Shown here one piece after another: positions 29,932-40,925 of a DNA stretch of 59,151 nucleotides. The notes beneath the pieces are model-generated. The model worked only from the letters and a program-made list of their open reading frames with translations. It did no database searches and was not told the origin of the DNA. The position numbers and the translations under genes are program-made. Position 1 is the first letter of the stretch. The number at the start of each line of letters is the position of its first letter. Source of the stretch: a virus (Duplodnaviria; Heunggongvirae; Uroviricota; Caudoviricetes); the IMG/VR virus record IMGVR_UViG_3300035501_000704, positions 64,001 through 123,151 of that record. The stretch is one strand, 5' to 3'.

Positions 29932-30087
29932 TTAGTCACGAAGTAATTCTCTATTGTCTTCTGTAAGAATAATAGAACTCATCTTACGCTCAATAATGCT
30001 ATTATCAGTCTTTAACATCTTAACATCCTGCTGCGCAGAATTATTCAAAATCTGATTTGCTAATTCAATCTTCTCCTTAGTATCCAT
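29932..30087 (-). CDS. Small hypothetical protein (51 aa), not in ORF track
   Basis: MDTKEKIELANQILNNSAQQDVKMLKTDNSIIERKMSSIILTEDNRELLRD*; ATG 2 nt after the stop of 30090..30317; fills the gap exactly. Confidence 0.75.
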   Translation of the reverse strand: MDTKEKIELANQILNNSAQQDVKMLKTDNSIIERKMSSIILTEDNRELLRD

Positions 30088-30089
30088 AA

Positions 30090-30317
30090 TTACTCTTCCG
30101 TTTTAATTTCATTATTTTCTTCTACAGTTTCAACCTTATCTTCTTTCTGTTTCTTTGTAGATTTCTTTGAAACTGTTTCAGCTACTGCTTCTTCTTCCTT
30201 AATTTCTTCAACAATAGATTCCTCGATAGACTCATCTATTTCAACTAATTTAGGTGCGATAGGCTTATGAATCATCTTAATTTGCTTTAAGCCTCTATGA
30301 ATAGGTAAATTCTTCAT
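30090..30317 (-). CDS. Small charged hypothetical protein (75 aa)
   Basis: E/K-rich ORF with late motif 22 nt upstream. Confidence 0.7.
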   Translation of the reverse strand: MKNLPIHRGLKQIKMIHKPIAPKLVEIDESIEESIVEEIKEEEAVAETVSKKSTKKQKEDKVETVEENNEIKTEE

Positions 30318-30338
30318 TATCTTACATATATTATAATA

Positions 30339-30346
30339 TATAAATA
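30339..30346 (-). promoter_or_regulatory. Candidate late promoter TATTTATA
   Basis: 22 nt upstream of the 30317 start. Confidence 0.65.
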
Positions 30347-30381
30347 TCTATTATTTTAATTTTTTGGGAAAATGTTGAATA

Positions 30382-31011
30382 TTATTCCACATTGTTTACT
30401 AATAAACTTGCTATTACATATTCCTTTCCTTTAAACCATTTATTTAATTGCCATAGTTTCTTATTAGATGAAAATATAACTCTATTAGAATAATTCTTTC
30501 TACACTTTGAAATAACCTTTTCTTTATCAATATGAATATACTTTAATATATTGAATGAAATTCCTATTACCTTACCACATTCCAAAGGATAATAAAGCAT
30601 ATCTTTATCAATGAAAATATAATTCTTATATCGCTTGAATGAATTATTACATAGCATATAATATAACTTTTTCATCTTGCTATATCTAAGGTTATATACA
30701 TTTATATAATAGTATTCAACTTGATTAGATATTAAGGTAATCAGTTTTTCCTTAAATTTCTTTATATCTTCCTCGTAAAATTCTCTCTTTTCCGTTTTCT
30801 TAAACGTCCACATATCTCCATTAGGATATGTATGCTCTAATATATCAAATTCAAATCCATGAGTTTTAGCATATTCCTTAGCTTTATCCAATCCGACAAC
30901 TAATTTTGGAACCTGCTTTGTACAGTCTTCTTCGTTATTAACCACCTTAATAACGTCATCAGTCATATCATTATATTTAACATCTGAAAGTATATATCCA
31001 AACAAAAGCAT
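30382..31011 (-). CDS. Hypothetical protein (209 aa)
   Basis: Clean ORF behind a host-type promoter; no motif recognised. Confidence 0.7.
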   Translation of the reverse strand: MLLFGYILSDVKYNDMTDDVIKVVNNEEDCTKQVPKLVVGLDKAKEYAKTHGFEFDILEHTYPNGDMWTFKKTEKREFYEEDIKKFKEKLITLISNQVEYYYINVYNLRYSKMKKLYYMLCNNSFKRYKNYIFIDKDMLYYPLECGKVIGISFNILKYIHIDKEKVISKCRKNYSNRVIFSSNKKLWQLNKWFKGKEYVIASLLVNNVE

Positions 31012-31045
31012 ACGTTTGCAGAAAATTAAAAATTAAACTTCGCTG

Positions 31046-31077
31046 CAAATATACTAATTAAATTTGAACTAAACAAC
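31046..31077 (-). promoter_or_regulatory. Bacteroidota sigma-A-type promoter
   Basis: GTTG (31074-31077), 20 nt, TATATTTG (31046-31053), then CA. Confidence 0.7.
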
Positions 31078-31094
31078 AAAAATCTTAAGCATTT

Positions 31095-34000
31095 TCACAT
31101 TTTTACTACCGTATTTCCTTCTTCTTGAACATCAGGATGCCTCCAAATAACAGCAGCATAATCTCCTAATGATGAGCCTGTCTTTGTATAACAATTACCA
31201 TGTGTTTGAATGCAATCACTTCTCCAATTATATCCATCCCACATCATTCCATGTTGACTTCCTTCACCATTTTCGCCTTGATACAACGTACAAATGTCAC
31301 CAGCTCTTAAAGCAAATATTTCACTATCACCATTTAATGTATCAAGTGTTTCTAATGTGCAATGATAAACAGGAACCATACCACTATTCATTAAGAATTG
31401 CTTAGAATTTTGATATGTATATGGTTTTGTGCCTCCAGCCCAGAATGTTAAATCGATTCCTGCTCTCTTATACCATGTCTTAGGGCCACTTGTACAACAT
31501 CCACAGAATGTATTGGGGTCAGGACTATATTGTAAAATTACATATTCACCATTATACATCTGTGGTATTCCACCATTTCCTTTATAAATTGTTCCCCAAT
31601 TTGCACTTTGAAATGTATTACATCTAAGTAATATCTTTTTCATTTTCTCATTAGTAATATTTTTCACGAGATTATCCTCTGTTCCAATATTGCTTAAATT
31701 ATTACTAATACTCATATTACCTAATAATGAGCTACAATCACTTATAGTATCATTACCATCAGCAAGAGAAAGCAATTCCGTAGAAATACTATCTGTCAAG
31801 AATTTGAACACACTTGTAACCTCACTCGATTTTGTTAAATTGTTATTTTTAATATACTTAACAATTATATTTCTAAGTACACCATTAAGTTCATCACTAT
31901 TTTGTAATTGTTTTGCTTCATGATTTCCGTCAACAATTCTACAAACAATTGAATTTTTATCTGTATTACTTGTTTTAATCATAATGTTAATACTATCAGG
32001 CGTATCTGAAATACTACTACCTATTTGCCAATCAATCTTATCAATAAATGAAGCATAAGTAGAAATCGCACAATCATAGATAGCATATATATTATCCTTA
32101 TCGTTACTACTTGTCATAGTAACAAATGTTGTAGCACTATCATATTGACTTATTCCGCTTTCAATAGATACATTACGATATACACTCGAAGCACTCAATG
32201 ATTTTTGAATGGATTGAACTAATGATTCTCCAATCTTATCATTATCAATTTCTTCATTAGCAGATTCAAAATTTGTATCAACTAAATTATATCTTGAATA
32301 ACCATTACCGCTTCTATATGTTTTCTTAATATAATCTCTTGTTTGCTCATTACCTACATTACCATTATCAATAATAGTATCAACAGTATCATTCTTTAAG
32401 GCATTAGCAACTTTAAGCATTTCAGCATAACCACTTGTATATCCAGCACATACAATTACACCTAATTTTTCTTTATTATTTATTAGAGTTTCATCAAAAG
32501 TATATGATACAACTACATTGCCATCTTTCTTTATGGTTTGGTCCTTTTTCAAATATTTTATAAGCTCATTTACATAGATAGCAATACAATTGATAGATTT
32601 CACTGCATTACATCTATCATCTGCATTATCATCATTTGTAATTGTATGAAAATAGGCACTATATTTTGTATCTTGGGCTGTATTATACAAGAATTGTCCT
32701 ATACCTTTTGCACTTGAACCACTTGTTCTTGTACCACCAGTAATAATTATATCTCGCCATGAACTTTCAATCTCACAGATATTTGCAACAACAAACCAAT
32801 CAACAACACCATCAGTTATATGTTGTTTTGCCGCTGATTTGATAGTTGTTAAGAAATTCTTAACATTCTTCTGTTGTTCATGAGTTAATGAAACTCCGCC
32901 ATTATTAACGCCAATCTTAATTGATTCAACTTGATTCAAATCAATCTCACTTTCATATATGTTTTCTAACGGAGAATAATAAGCATAATCGCAAGTATTA
33001 TATATATTGGCAACACTATTAGATTGTTGCTCTTCCAATGAAACAAACCCATTTCTTGAATACAATGTATTTGAATATATAAAGTTTCTTACCGCTCTTG
33101 TTGCTGTTCTTGCCATACGAACTCCTGTAAATGTCGTAGTCATGTTACCAGCTTCAATCTGATGTGTAACCTTAACAATCATATAACTACCTCTAAAGAA
33201 AGGAACATTTAACAACACAAAATACATCAACGGCTGTACCCATGCACATCCAAGCATAGTTACAGTACATGTATATGAATTATTAGAATATATTGAATAT
33301 AAATCCTGGCCAATAGTTATTTGCCTTGGACCATTATTCTCCGTTCCTGTTCCAGCACCACTCACTAAGAATTTAGCCATAATAGATTGTTCTGTTGATA
33401 ATGGATTACTCATATCAACCTGAACATTCTTAAAGTAATTCTGATATTGTTGACCATATCTAACACCAAATGAAGGAACAACATAATCATCAGGTTGTTT
33501 TCCACTAATCATAATCGGATATGTGGTTGCATCATTCAAATAGAATCCATCATCTTGATAATCCGAATCTGGAATATCTAATTTTGAAGATGCTTCATAA
33601 GGATATAATACAATGAAATTTTGATGATTCTTTGGCTCTTTTGCATTGATATATGATATTGGCTTAAACATCTTTTCAAGCATATCCGGGTCACTGAAAT
33701 CCATAAAATTCTGAACACATAAGAATTGGAATTTATTCTGTGAATAAAGTGTTGATAATAATGACAATAATGGATAACCTGCTTTTGTTTGAGAACTTAC
33801 AAGACAATCAACAAACATTCCTAAGTTAACATACATTGAATCACCAATATGATTATAAGCAGAATCAATAAAATGAAACATTTTATCATCACCCTCAAAC
33901 ATTGCATTCATATTATATAGGAATGAATTTTCTCCAGATGCAATCCACTTATCATATAACATTTTGATGTAATTATATACGCCAACCTTTATATCCTCAT

Positions 34001-37000
34001 TATCTTCATAATCAATTGAAACAGAAACAGTACTTTCTGTTGAACTACCATCTAATAATTCTTTTAATTTGCTTGTAATATTGAGTAGATATGATTTTAA
34101 GACAGATTTCTTAACCTTAACAACATCACTATTAGTAATAATTGTTTTTAATGAAACAGTTTCAACTTGATACATTTCATTAACGAGCCACTTCATTGCA
34201 GGTGAGCCTATTTTCGTATCAATAGCAAAAATATTGTTTGTAAACTTGAAACTATATACACCATTTAACTGAGATACATTTTCAAATGTATTATCTAAGA
34301 TTGTATTTAATTCACCATCAGTTTTATTTGATGAGTTAATTAAATTAAGAAAAGTAGTTTCATTACAACCATCTTTATATACTGGCTCAAATGGTTTAAA
34401 GAATTTGATAAATACATTATCTACCCAATCCTCAAAATATCCAACCATATAATTTGAAACAGCATAGCTAATACCAGTCACTAAAGATTTATATGTTTGA
34501 TTTCGAAGTTTTCTATATGAATAACACTTAGCACATTCTTGCAAGAACATACCCTTTGGTATATATATAATGCATGGTTTATTATTTCTTTGATTAAAGA
34601 ATATAGAGCATCTATTATCCACATCTGAAAATTCAACAAAATTCAATAAGAAATCACAAGCTTTTTTATAATTAGCGTTTTTATCATTAGTATTTGAATA
34701 ATCACCATAAAAATGATGTGTTTTCACTAAATCACCTCTTCCATCAAATATGCACGAAAAATCAATAGATATAGAATCTGGATTACTTACAGAGCCATTT
34801 TCATTAAACCCTATTACATCTTTAACCATTTTAGAGGTTCCATTGCCATCTATATACGTGGCATATAATAAATTATTAAATATTTTATTGTTATCGAAAG
34901 ATGCACCATTATCTACAAACAACGATTTTAAATCATTATCATCTATAGATGACAAAGAACGGTCTATATAATCAAGATACTCATTTTTACTTATGATTAT
35001 ATTCACATCTTCACCAGAATATTCACGTCTATAACGAATTGTATCACAATTAGTCATTTTTTTAGATGCAGCAACAAAAGTTCCATATTTTGATACACTA
35101 CTATCATAAGCATAATTGTTAACTGGTAAAATATAAACTGTATCATTATTTGTTGAAGATATATTATAGCCAACATACACATAAGAATCTCCATCCTCCC
35201 TTACAAGATTTGATTTAATAATGAGTGAATTGTCAATATCCAATTTTTTAATAGCGTTTTTTAACTTAGTTAAATCACTCTTGCTATAATATGTATAAAA
35301 ATTTTCAGCATCAGCTTTACCTGCTGCTATAGCAAATTTATTATCATTCGATTTACCCTGTGTATATAATGTGGTTATACCTCTATTGACAAAAACTTTA
35401 TACAAATAATCTACATTATCTAAGTCTAATTGCCCACCATCTTCATTAAGTCCGAATACATTACCACCACTTGTTGATGAGACAAATAAATCCAAAAATG
35501 ATGTAGGTTTTAATGCTGAGCTTCTTTCCCATTTAAATGGCGATTCGTTACTTGTACTAATAGCAGCGTATTGCATATCACTTGATACGCCTTCTATACC
35601 TTCAAGTAACCCATTTACTAAATTTATCTCTTCAAACTTTTCTGGATGTGACGTATTCCCAATCCACGCATTTTCTCTTCTCTTTACACCATTCTCATCT
35701 ACAACTCTTGTAAAACCTGGGAATGGTGCAATTTGTTTACTATTTACATCGCTAAAATCATCTAATGATACACCCAAAGCATCTACATTTCTTGCTGCAC
35801 CTGATTGAATTATACTATTAGCACAATGAGAAATCATATAAATATATGTCTCCAAATGTGCCATAATGATTTTTGTGATATTCTCAACTGTTGGTAAGAA
35901 ACTAAACACTTTACGAAATTCTTCATTTGTTAATTTATTAACCAATTCAGTCTTCGTACTATCCACATCATTATCAGCATAAGAATTAGTATCAATTGAA
36001 CCTATAATTGTAGATAGCCCACAGTCATTGTATATATACAATTTTGAATTAAGCCCAGATTCCCAAGCATCAAAATATGTCTGTTTATCATTAAGATAAC
36101 TTCTTCCTTTTTCCTGAACAGCATTACTTAAATCTGAATCCGTAAAAGCACTTGTTCTATTTGGAATATAATCATTATCAAATGCATAATCACAGTCATG
36201 ATAAATTTTCAATTCCACGTTTCCTGATTGACTATTATACCAATTAACCAATGTGTTTACATGGGTATTTTTCTCATTATTTTTCGCTAAATCAGACAAT
36301 AAAAGTTTAAGTCTATTAAAAGATTGAGCCACCTTTCCATCCTTTTCAAAATCTTCAACAGATGAATTTCTGAAAATCGCTCTACTTGTTCCTGCTGAAA
36401 TAACACAATCGCCTTCTCCAAGTTCTTTATCGGGATTTTGTTGTATTGCTTGTTTTAATGTATTGATACAAGTATTATATTGATTTATGATTTCGCTTAA
36501 ATCAATACTTTCAGCTTGCTTTATTGTTCTCTCATCATACCCTTCTCTCCTTAACAAATCAGGAAAACTATTCTCGGACAATTGCTTATCAACAGATTCT
36601 TGAATACTCTTGTATTTCTTACAAATTTCCCCAAGTCTTTCCATAGATACATATTGCCCATTCTCATCTTTAACCTTAAATTCATTATTTATCTTTTCAT
36701 CCCAATATGCCTTTCCAATATATGAACTATAAGGAGCACTCAACAATACATTGGTTGTAATATCACCTAAGAATGAAAAAGCAAATCCAATAAAATTTGC
36801 TGTTACATTATAACTTCCAGAATTTGCATCAAAAGCACTTCTTACATCATTACAACATAATTCATAAGAAACAGGCTCGCCATAGAAACCTTTAACCTTT
36901 AATGTAAACTTTGGATGAGGAAATATAAAAAACGCTTTAAAGAAAGAGCCTTCAATATCATTATTTGCTGAATATTGAACTCCATTACTTACAAGATTAT

Positions 37001-37481
37001 GTCTTAATTCTTCTTGTGCAAATAAAGATGTTCCTCTTACATCAGTAAATTGAATAGTTACTTGTGGAACCATGAAATTATTATAGGAAATATCAATTGA
37101 TTTAATTCCAAACATTTCAGCAGTTCCCTTATTGGCAATATCATTGATTGTTGTATTTTCAGTATAGTTTGTAGTCAATGAATTTATCCATCCACCATTA
37201 CCATTATCAAAATGAATTTTACTACCAGACATGAAATTAACTGATTGACCTGTTGTTGTGCTTTGCCAAGTCAATTTAATCGCTGAATTACCATCATCCG
37301 TTCCATAAGATGTTCTACCTTTTACTTCTACTTCCAATTCAACACTAATACATAAATCTTCACTACTTACAGACTTACGTACACTCCTACCAGATACAGA
37401 ATCTTTGTATGTGGTAATATCATCCATTGCGTTTGGCTCAACGTATATAACCTGATTGTTCTGTATAATATTTGCCATCAA
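31095..37481 (-). CDS. Baseplate hub / central spike protein with lytic transglycosylase and C-terminal CHAP-like amidase domains (2128 aa)
   Basis: Hub-like N-terminus (MFGIKSIDISY...VTIQFTDVRG). SLT motifs ICEIES, GIGQF, AGYTSG, QTRDYIKK at about 32325-32810. C-terminal GCCTSGP...GDICTL...QHGMMWDG..WRSDC at about 31200-31510. Follows the LysM gene. Confidence 0.75.
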   Translation of the reverse strand: MMANIIQNNQVIYVEPNAMDDITTYKDSVSGRSVRKSVSSEDLCISVELEVEVKGRTSYGTDDGNSAIKLTWQSTTTGQSVNFMSGSKIHFDNGNGGWINSLTTNYTENTTINDIANKGTAEMFGIKSIDISYNNFMVPQVTIQFTDVRGTSLFAQEELRHNLVSNGVQYSANNDIEGSFFKAFFIFPHPKFTLKVKGFYGEPVSYELCCNDVRSAFDANSGSYNVTANFIGFAFSFLGDITTNVLLSAPYSSYIGKAYWDEKINNEFKVKDENGQYVSMERLGEICKKYKSIQESVDKQLSENSFPDLLRREGYDERTIKQAESIDLSEIINQYNTCINTLKQAIQQNPDKELGEGDCVISAGTSRAIFRNSSVEDFEKDGKVAQSFNRLKLLLSDLAKNNEKNTHVNTLVNWYNSQSGNVELKIYHDCDYAFDNDYIPNRTSAFTDSDLSNAVQEKGRSYLNDKQTYFDAWESGLNSKLYIYNDCGLSTIIGSIDTNSYADNDVDSTKTELVNKLTNEEFRKVFSFLPTVENITKIIMAHLETYIYMISHCANSIIQSGAARNVDALGVSLDDFSDVNSKQIAPFPGFTRVVDENGVKRRENAWIGNTSHPEKFEEINLVNGLLEGIEGVSSDMQYAAISTSNESPFKWERSSALKPTSFLDLFVSSTSGGNVFGLNEDGGQLDLDNVDYLYKVFVNRGITTLYTQGKSNDNKFAIAAGKADAENFYTYYSKSDLTKLKNAIKKLDIDNSLIIKSNLVREDGDSYVYVGYNISSTNNDTVYILPVNNYAYDSSVSKYGTFVAASKKMTNCDTIRYRREYSGEDVNIIISKNEYLDYIDRSLSSIDDNDLKSLFVDNGASFDNNKIFNNLLYATYIDGNGTSKMVKDVIGFNENGSVSNPDSISIDFSCIFDGRGDLVKTHHFYGDYSNTNDKNANYKKACDFLLNFVEFSDVDNRCSIFFNQRNNKPCIIYIPKGMFLQECAKCYSYRKLRNQTYKSLVTGISYAVSNYMVGYFEDWVDNVFIKFFKPFEPVYKDGCNETTFLNLINSSNKTDGELNTILDNTFENVSQLNGVYSFKFTNNIFAIDTKIGSPAMKWLVNEMYQVETVSLKTIITNSDVVKVKKSVLKSYLLNITSKLKELLDGSSTESTVSVSIDYEDNEDIKVGVYNYIKMLYDKWIASGENSFLYNMNAMFEGDDKMFHFIDSAYNHIGDSMYVNLGMFVDCLVSSQTKAGYPLLSLLSTLYSQNKFQFLCVQNFMDFSDPDMLEKMFKPISYINAKEPKNHQNFIVLYPYEASSKLDIPDSDYQDDGFYLNDATTYPIMISGKQPDDYVVPSFGVRYGQQYQNYFKNVQVDMSNPLSTEQSIMAKFLVSGAGTGTENNGPRQITIGQDLYSIYSNNSYTCTVTMLGCAWVQPLMYFVLLNVPFFRGSYMIVKVTHQIEAGNMTTTFTGVRMARTATRAVRNFIYSNTLYSRNGFVSLEEQQSNSVANIYNTCDYAYYSPLENIYESEIDLNQVESIKIGVNNGGVSLTHEQQKNVKNFLTTIKSAAKQHITDGVVDWFVVANICEIESSWRDIIITGGTRTSGSSAKGIGQFLYNTAQDTKYSAYFHTITNDDNADDRCNAVKSINCIAIYVNELIKYLKKDQTIKKDGNVVVSYTFDETLINNKEKLGVIVCAGYTSGYAEMLKVANALKNDTVDTIIDNGNVGNEQTRDYIKKTYRSGNGYSRYNLVDTNFESANEEIDNDKIGESLVQSIQKSLSASSVYRNVSIESGISQYDSATTFVTMTSSNDKDNIYAIYDCAISTYASFIDKIDWQIGSSISDTPDSINIMIKTSNTDKNSIVCRIVDGNHEAKQLQNSDELNGVLRNIIVKYIKNNNLTKSSEVTSVFKFLTDSISTELLSLADGNDTISDCSSLLGNMSISNNLSNIGTEDNLVKNITNEKMKKILLRCNTFQSANWGTIYKGNGGIPQMYNGEYVILQYSPDPNTFCGCCTSGPKTWYKRAGIDLTFWAGGTKPYTYQNSKQFLMNSGMVPVYHCTLETLDTLNGDSEIFALRAGDICTLYQGENGEGSQHGMMWDGYNWRSDCIQTHGNCYTKTGSSLGDYAAVIWRHPDVQEEGNTVVKM

Positions 37482-37804
37482 TTTTCACCATTTATTTCCT
37501 TATAAACCTTAATATCATTCTCGTATTGAGTTATCACACTTTCCAATGGATAAGGTATTCTTATCTTCTCATCATTATCTATCAAAAACTCAATACTTGG
37601 TAATTCAGGATTTGCTTGCAATATAAGCCACCCATAACTTGCATCGCCATAATACTTATATGATAATAAATCCATTCTTGATTTACCTAATTCCCAATAA
37701 GTGTATTTATCTGTACTTCTTTTAGGTATGGAGATAAATGGCACTATTTGTATAGAACCATCATCACCAATAAATGAATTATATCTATTGTAAACCGTTG
37801 CCAT
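37478..37804 (-). CDS. LysM-domain baseplate protein (P2 gpX / T4 gp53-like)
   Basis: YTYWELGKSRMDLLSYKYYGDASYGWLILQANPEL...IRIP. Confidence 0.85.
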   Translation of the reverse strand: MATVYNRYNSFIGDDGSIQIVPFISIPKRSTDKYTYWELGKSRMDLLSYKYYGDASYGWLILQANPELPSIEFLIDNDEKIRIPYPLESVITQYENDIKVYKEINGEN

Positions 37805-37812
37805 TATTCTGA

Positions 37813-40800
37813 TTAATTATTATCATATATTATATTACCTGTTGATGTATTAGCCTTAAATGCTTTAACATTCCCTAATCCATTATATTCAATCTCTTCA
37901 GACCTATTATCATATACACTTGTATTAGCATAATAATTAAACGATATAGCATTTTGAAGTCTTTGAATTGGGCCACCAAGGTCACTTCCACCAATGAAGT
38001 TAAAGTCAAGAGAAACTGTTGCAATCATAGGCATTACACCAATTCCTTCTTGATTCATGTCCCATGTCAATGGGTCATAATTTATCTGAAGATTATTGAT
38101 GATTATCTTTGTATTATAGAAATCACCAATTCTTAACACACAAACTGGAGCTTTACCAAAGGCTAAGTTATTTGCATTAGTATTATTTGTATCACTACCA
38201 CTATATGTTGGACCTTGATGCATACACTGATTCAAGAATGTTAATCTTGCATTAAATCCTTCAGGACTCATTGAATGAAATACAGGATTAAAATACTTAA
38301 TTCTATCACTAAGCAACTTAGTCATAAATGGGTCTTCTTTAGTTAATCTATTAAAGAAAATTGCCTCATTATCATATCTAACAGCACCTAAATCAGGTTT
38401 AGTAAATGTATTATTAATAATTTCCTCTTCACTATTATCTGTGTTTGAATTCTCCACAGAATTACTAATAACACTTGATTTATTAGCTACACTACCATCT
38501 GTAGATACAATAATATTTGCTGCGTTTGAATCTTCACTGACAGAACCACCATACTTAACAGTTACCTTTGCATGACGGCTCATCTTTGTATATTCATCAT
38601 TAACATCATCTCTATTTGTCGAAACCGAGCCACTATCAACAGTATATATTCCTGTCTCTATTATATCATTGTCTTCAAGTTTCCATGTTGATTTAATCCA
38701 TTCTTTGATAGTTTCTGCTCTATCCTTAGCTAATTTTTCGTTTCTTTCATTATTGACATTTTCACTTATATTTTTACCTTGCAATGACGCCATACCATCA
38801 CAAATAATACTTGTTATTTCACCACAATTACCATTAATAATATTTTTAATTACCGAAACATTATCATCACTATATAAGCCATTCAATATATTTTTGGCAT
38901 CATCATTTACAGCAACATAAACATCAGCTAAACTATAAACAGTTCCAGTTGTTCCTAATTTAGTTTTTGCATCTACATAACCAATTGAATTTAATTTAAA
39001 ACTTTTAATATCTGCATAATTAGTTTTATCTAACTTTTGTGGTGAAGTATATCCATCAACTCTATATGCCCACTTATTTTCACCAGTAGATTCGTCTTTT
39101 TGTTTACATAAATATATTGTATCATTTCCAATAGTAACATATGTTGTTAAATCTTCTTCTAATATCTTTTTTTCTATACTAATACCATTGCCACGCATTT
39201 CATATCCACCAACAATAGTATTTTTATTAAAAATGTAATTCTGTTTTGTGTTGACGCCAAATTCAAAATTGTCGTCGTCATCATCAAAATCATAACGATA
39301 TTGAGCGCCAACACCATTTATAAGATAATCTATCGCATAAACAGGTTTACTTGCATCTCTATCATCTTTACCAGAGTAATTATTAGGGTAGAACACATAG
39401 AAAGTAAATGACTTACTTCCATCATTTACTTCAGTATCATTTTCATCTGAATCTTCAGAATCATTACTATCATTTGTTGGAACATGAATATTATCAACTA
39501 TATCTCCTGCTTTTAATATTGAGCAACCAGCAAAAAATCTTAGCATTTCTTGTTCTTTGCTATCAATATCATCAACACCACTTGCAGCAGGATTACCAAT
39601 TTCATCCCTTCTTTCCCAATAATCAAGAATTGCAGGATGGTCAATAAGAAGTTTAAAGCTCAAATGACCATTTCTTTTTGAATTAGAATATGTATAAATT
39701 GGCTCACCTCTTCCAATGAATACATTTTCTTCCCAATTTGCAGATGTTCCTTCGTTGAATTGCAAATCATAAGGTGGAAACCACATAATTCTACCACCAA
39801 GAGGGCCTTTCTGCTCCCTTGATAAGCCAAATTCCTCAAGACTATCATTATAATTCTTAAATATACCTTGCCAGGCAAGATTTTCAATGGAGAACATACA
39901 ATGCTTTAAGGAAACATTATTTGAGTCATCATAGTTTCCTTCAACCCATGATGGTGTTATATTAACAAATCCATTTGTTTTTCCACCATTATCATACATT
40001 GACCCATACTCAGCAAGTCTATCTCCACCAGTACCAAAACCAGCACTTTCTGTTGCCTTAGTTCTAAAATTATGCCATTTATATGCACCCTCCAATTTAT
40101 CTTGCGTAACGAAATTACCATCATCATCTGTGAATGGCCTGATTAAATCATTTAATTTATTATATTGATGGTGCCAAGTCCATACACGACAATAAGGATT
40201 CTCATAGCCATAAGAACTATCTTTTTCTTCTTTTAGTAGATTTCTACCACGAGACATCCCATATTTGTTACTTATTACAGAATTTCCAATTGAATCTTTT
40301 AATTCTTCAATATTTTCACCAGTATGAAATCTTGATATAATTGTTTGAAATCTATTTGTAATATAATCATCCTTGCTTTTAGCAAACCAATTATTAGTTC
40401 TTTCAACTAATGTTCTTCCGCCATATATATTTTCTATAATATGATTATCAGATAAACCATCTTCATTACCGCTACTTTCGCCCGACTTACTACTTTCGTA
40501 TTCATTATATTGCCCATTACTAGTATTCTTTGAATCATTAATAAATGTAGATACACCACTTTCAAATTCAATGTCATTTATATCACTTCTTTTATCATTC
40601 GATGGGTCAGCAAGTAATGGCTTAGTATTGTTTAATGAAGTCTCAATGCCATAATTTGTATAATAAGTAAAACTGGCTTTATCTGTAATTGTCTTATCAG
40701 TCCCCTTAACTATATTATTTGAATTCTTAATATATTCAAGGTCGTTGTTAAGAATACCTGCTTTCTTTTCTCCTAATACATAGTAATTACTTAAACCAGA

Positions 40801-40902
40801 CATTTCTGCTAATGCTTGGTTCCAAAATTTTGACCATGATGAATTCCAATAATCATCAAGTTCATATCCTAATTCTTTTACTATATCTGAAAACTTTGAC
40901 AT
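37813..40902 (-). CDS. Tail-tube initiator / baseplate protein with OmpA-like insertion (1029 aa)
   Basis: Tube-like segments WEENVFIGRGEPIYTYSNSKRNGHLSFKLLID and PPVCVLRIGDF-like APVCVLRIGDFYNTKIIINNL...P.TWD. OmpA-like GMAS...NEKLAKDRAETIK...SRHAKV at about 38545-38810. Lies between the tape measure and LysM genes. Confidence 0.65.
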   Translation of the reverse strand: MSKFSDIVKELGYELDDYWNSSWSKFWNQALAEMSGLSNYYVLGEKKAGILNNDLEYIKNSNNIVKGTDKTITDKASFTYYTNYGIETSLNNTKPLLADPSNDKRSDINDIEFESGVSTFINDSKNTSNGQYNEYESSKSGESSGNEDGLSDNHIIENIYGGRTLVERTNNWFAKSKDDYITNRFQTIISRFHTGENIEELKDSIGNSVISNKYGMSRGRNLLKEEKDSSYGYENPYCRVWTWHHQYNKLNDLIRPFTDDDGNFVTQDKLEGAYKWHNFRTKATESAGFGTGGDRLAEYGSMYDNGGKTNGFVNITPSWVEGNYDDSNNVSLKHCMFSIENLAWQGIFKNYNDSLEEFGLSREQKGPLGGRIMWFPPYDLQFNEGTSANWEENVFIGRGEPIYTYSNSKRNGHLSFKLLIDHPAILDYWERRDEIGNPAASGVDDIDSKEQEMLRFFAGCSILKAGDIVDNIHVPTNDSNDSEDSDENDTEVNDGSKSFTFYVFYPNNYSGKDDRDASKPVYAIDYLINGVGAQYRYDFDDDDDNFEFGVNTKQNYIFNKNTIVGGYEMRGNGISIEKKILEEDLTTYVTIGNDTIYLCKQKDESTGENKWAYRVDGYTSPQKLDKTNYADIKSFKLNSIGYVDAKTKLGTTGTVYSLADVYVAVNDDAKNILNGLYSDDNVSVIKNIINGNCGEITSIICDGMASLQGKNISENVNNERNEKLAKDRAETIKEWIKSTWKLEDNDIIETGIYTVDSGSVSTNRDDVNDEYTKMSRHAKVTVKYGGSVSEDSNAANIIVSTDGSVANKSSVISNSVENSNTDNSEEEIINNTFTKPDLGAVRYDNEAIFFNRLTKEDPFMTKLLSDRIKYFNPVFHSMSPEGFNARLTFLNQCMHQGPTYSGSDTNNTNANNLAFGKAPVCVLRIGDFYNTKIIINNLQINYDPLTWDMNQEGIGVMPMIATVSLDFNFIGGSDLGGPIQRLQNAISFNYYANTSVYDNRSEEIEYNGLGNVKAFKANTSTGNIIYDNN

Positions 40903-40925
40903 ATCTTATTTTGTAATTACTATTA

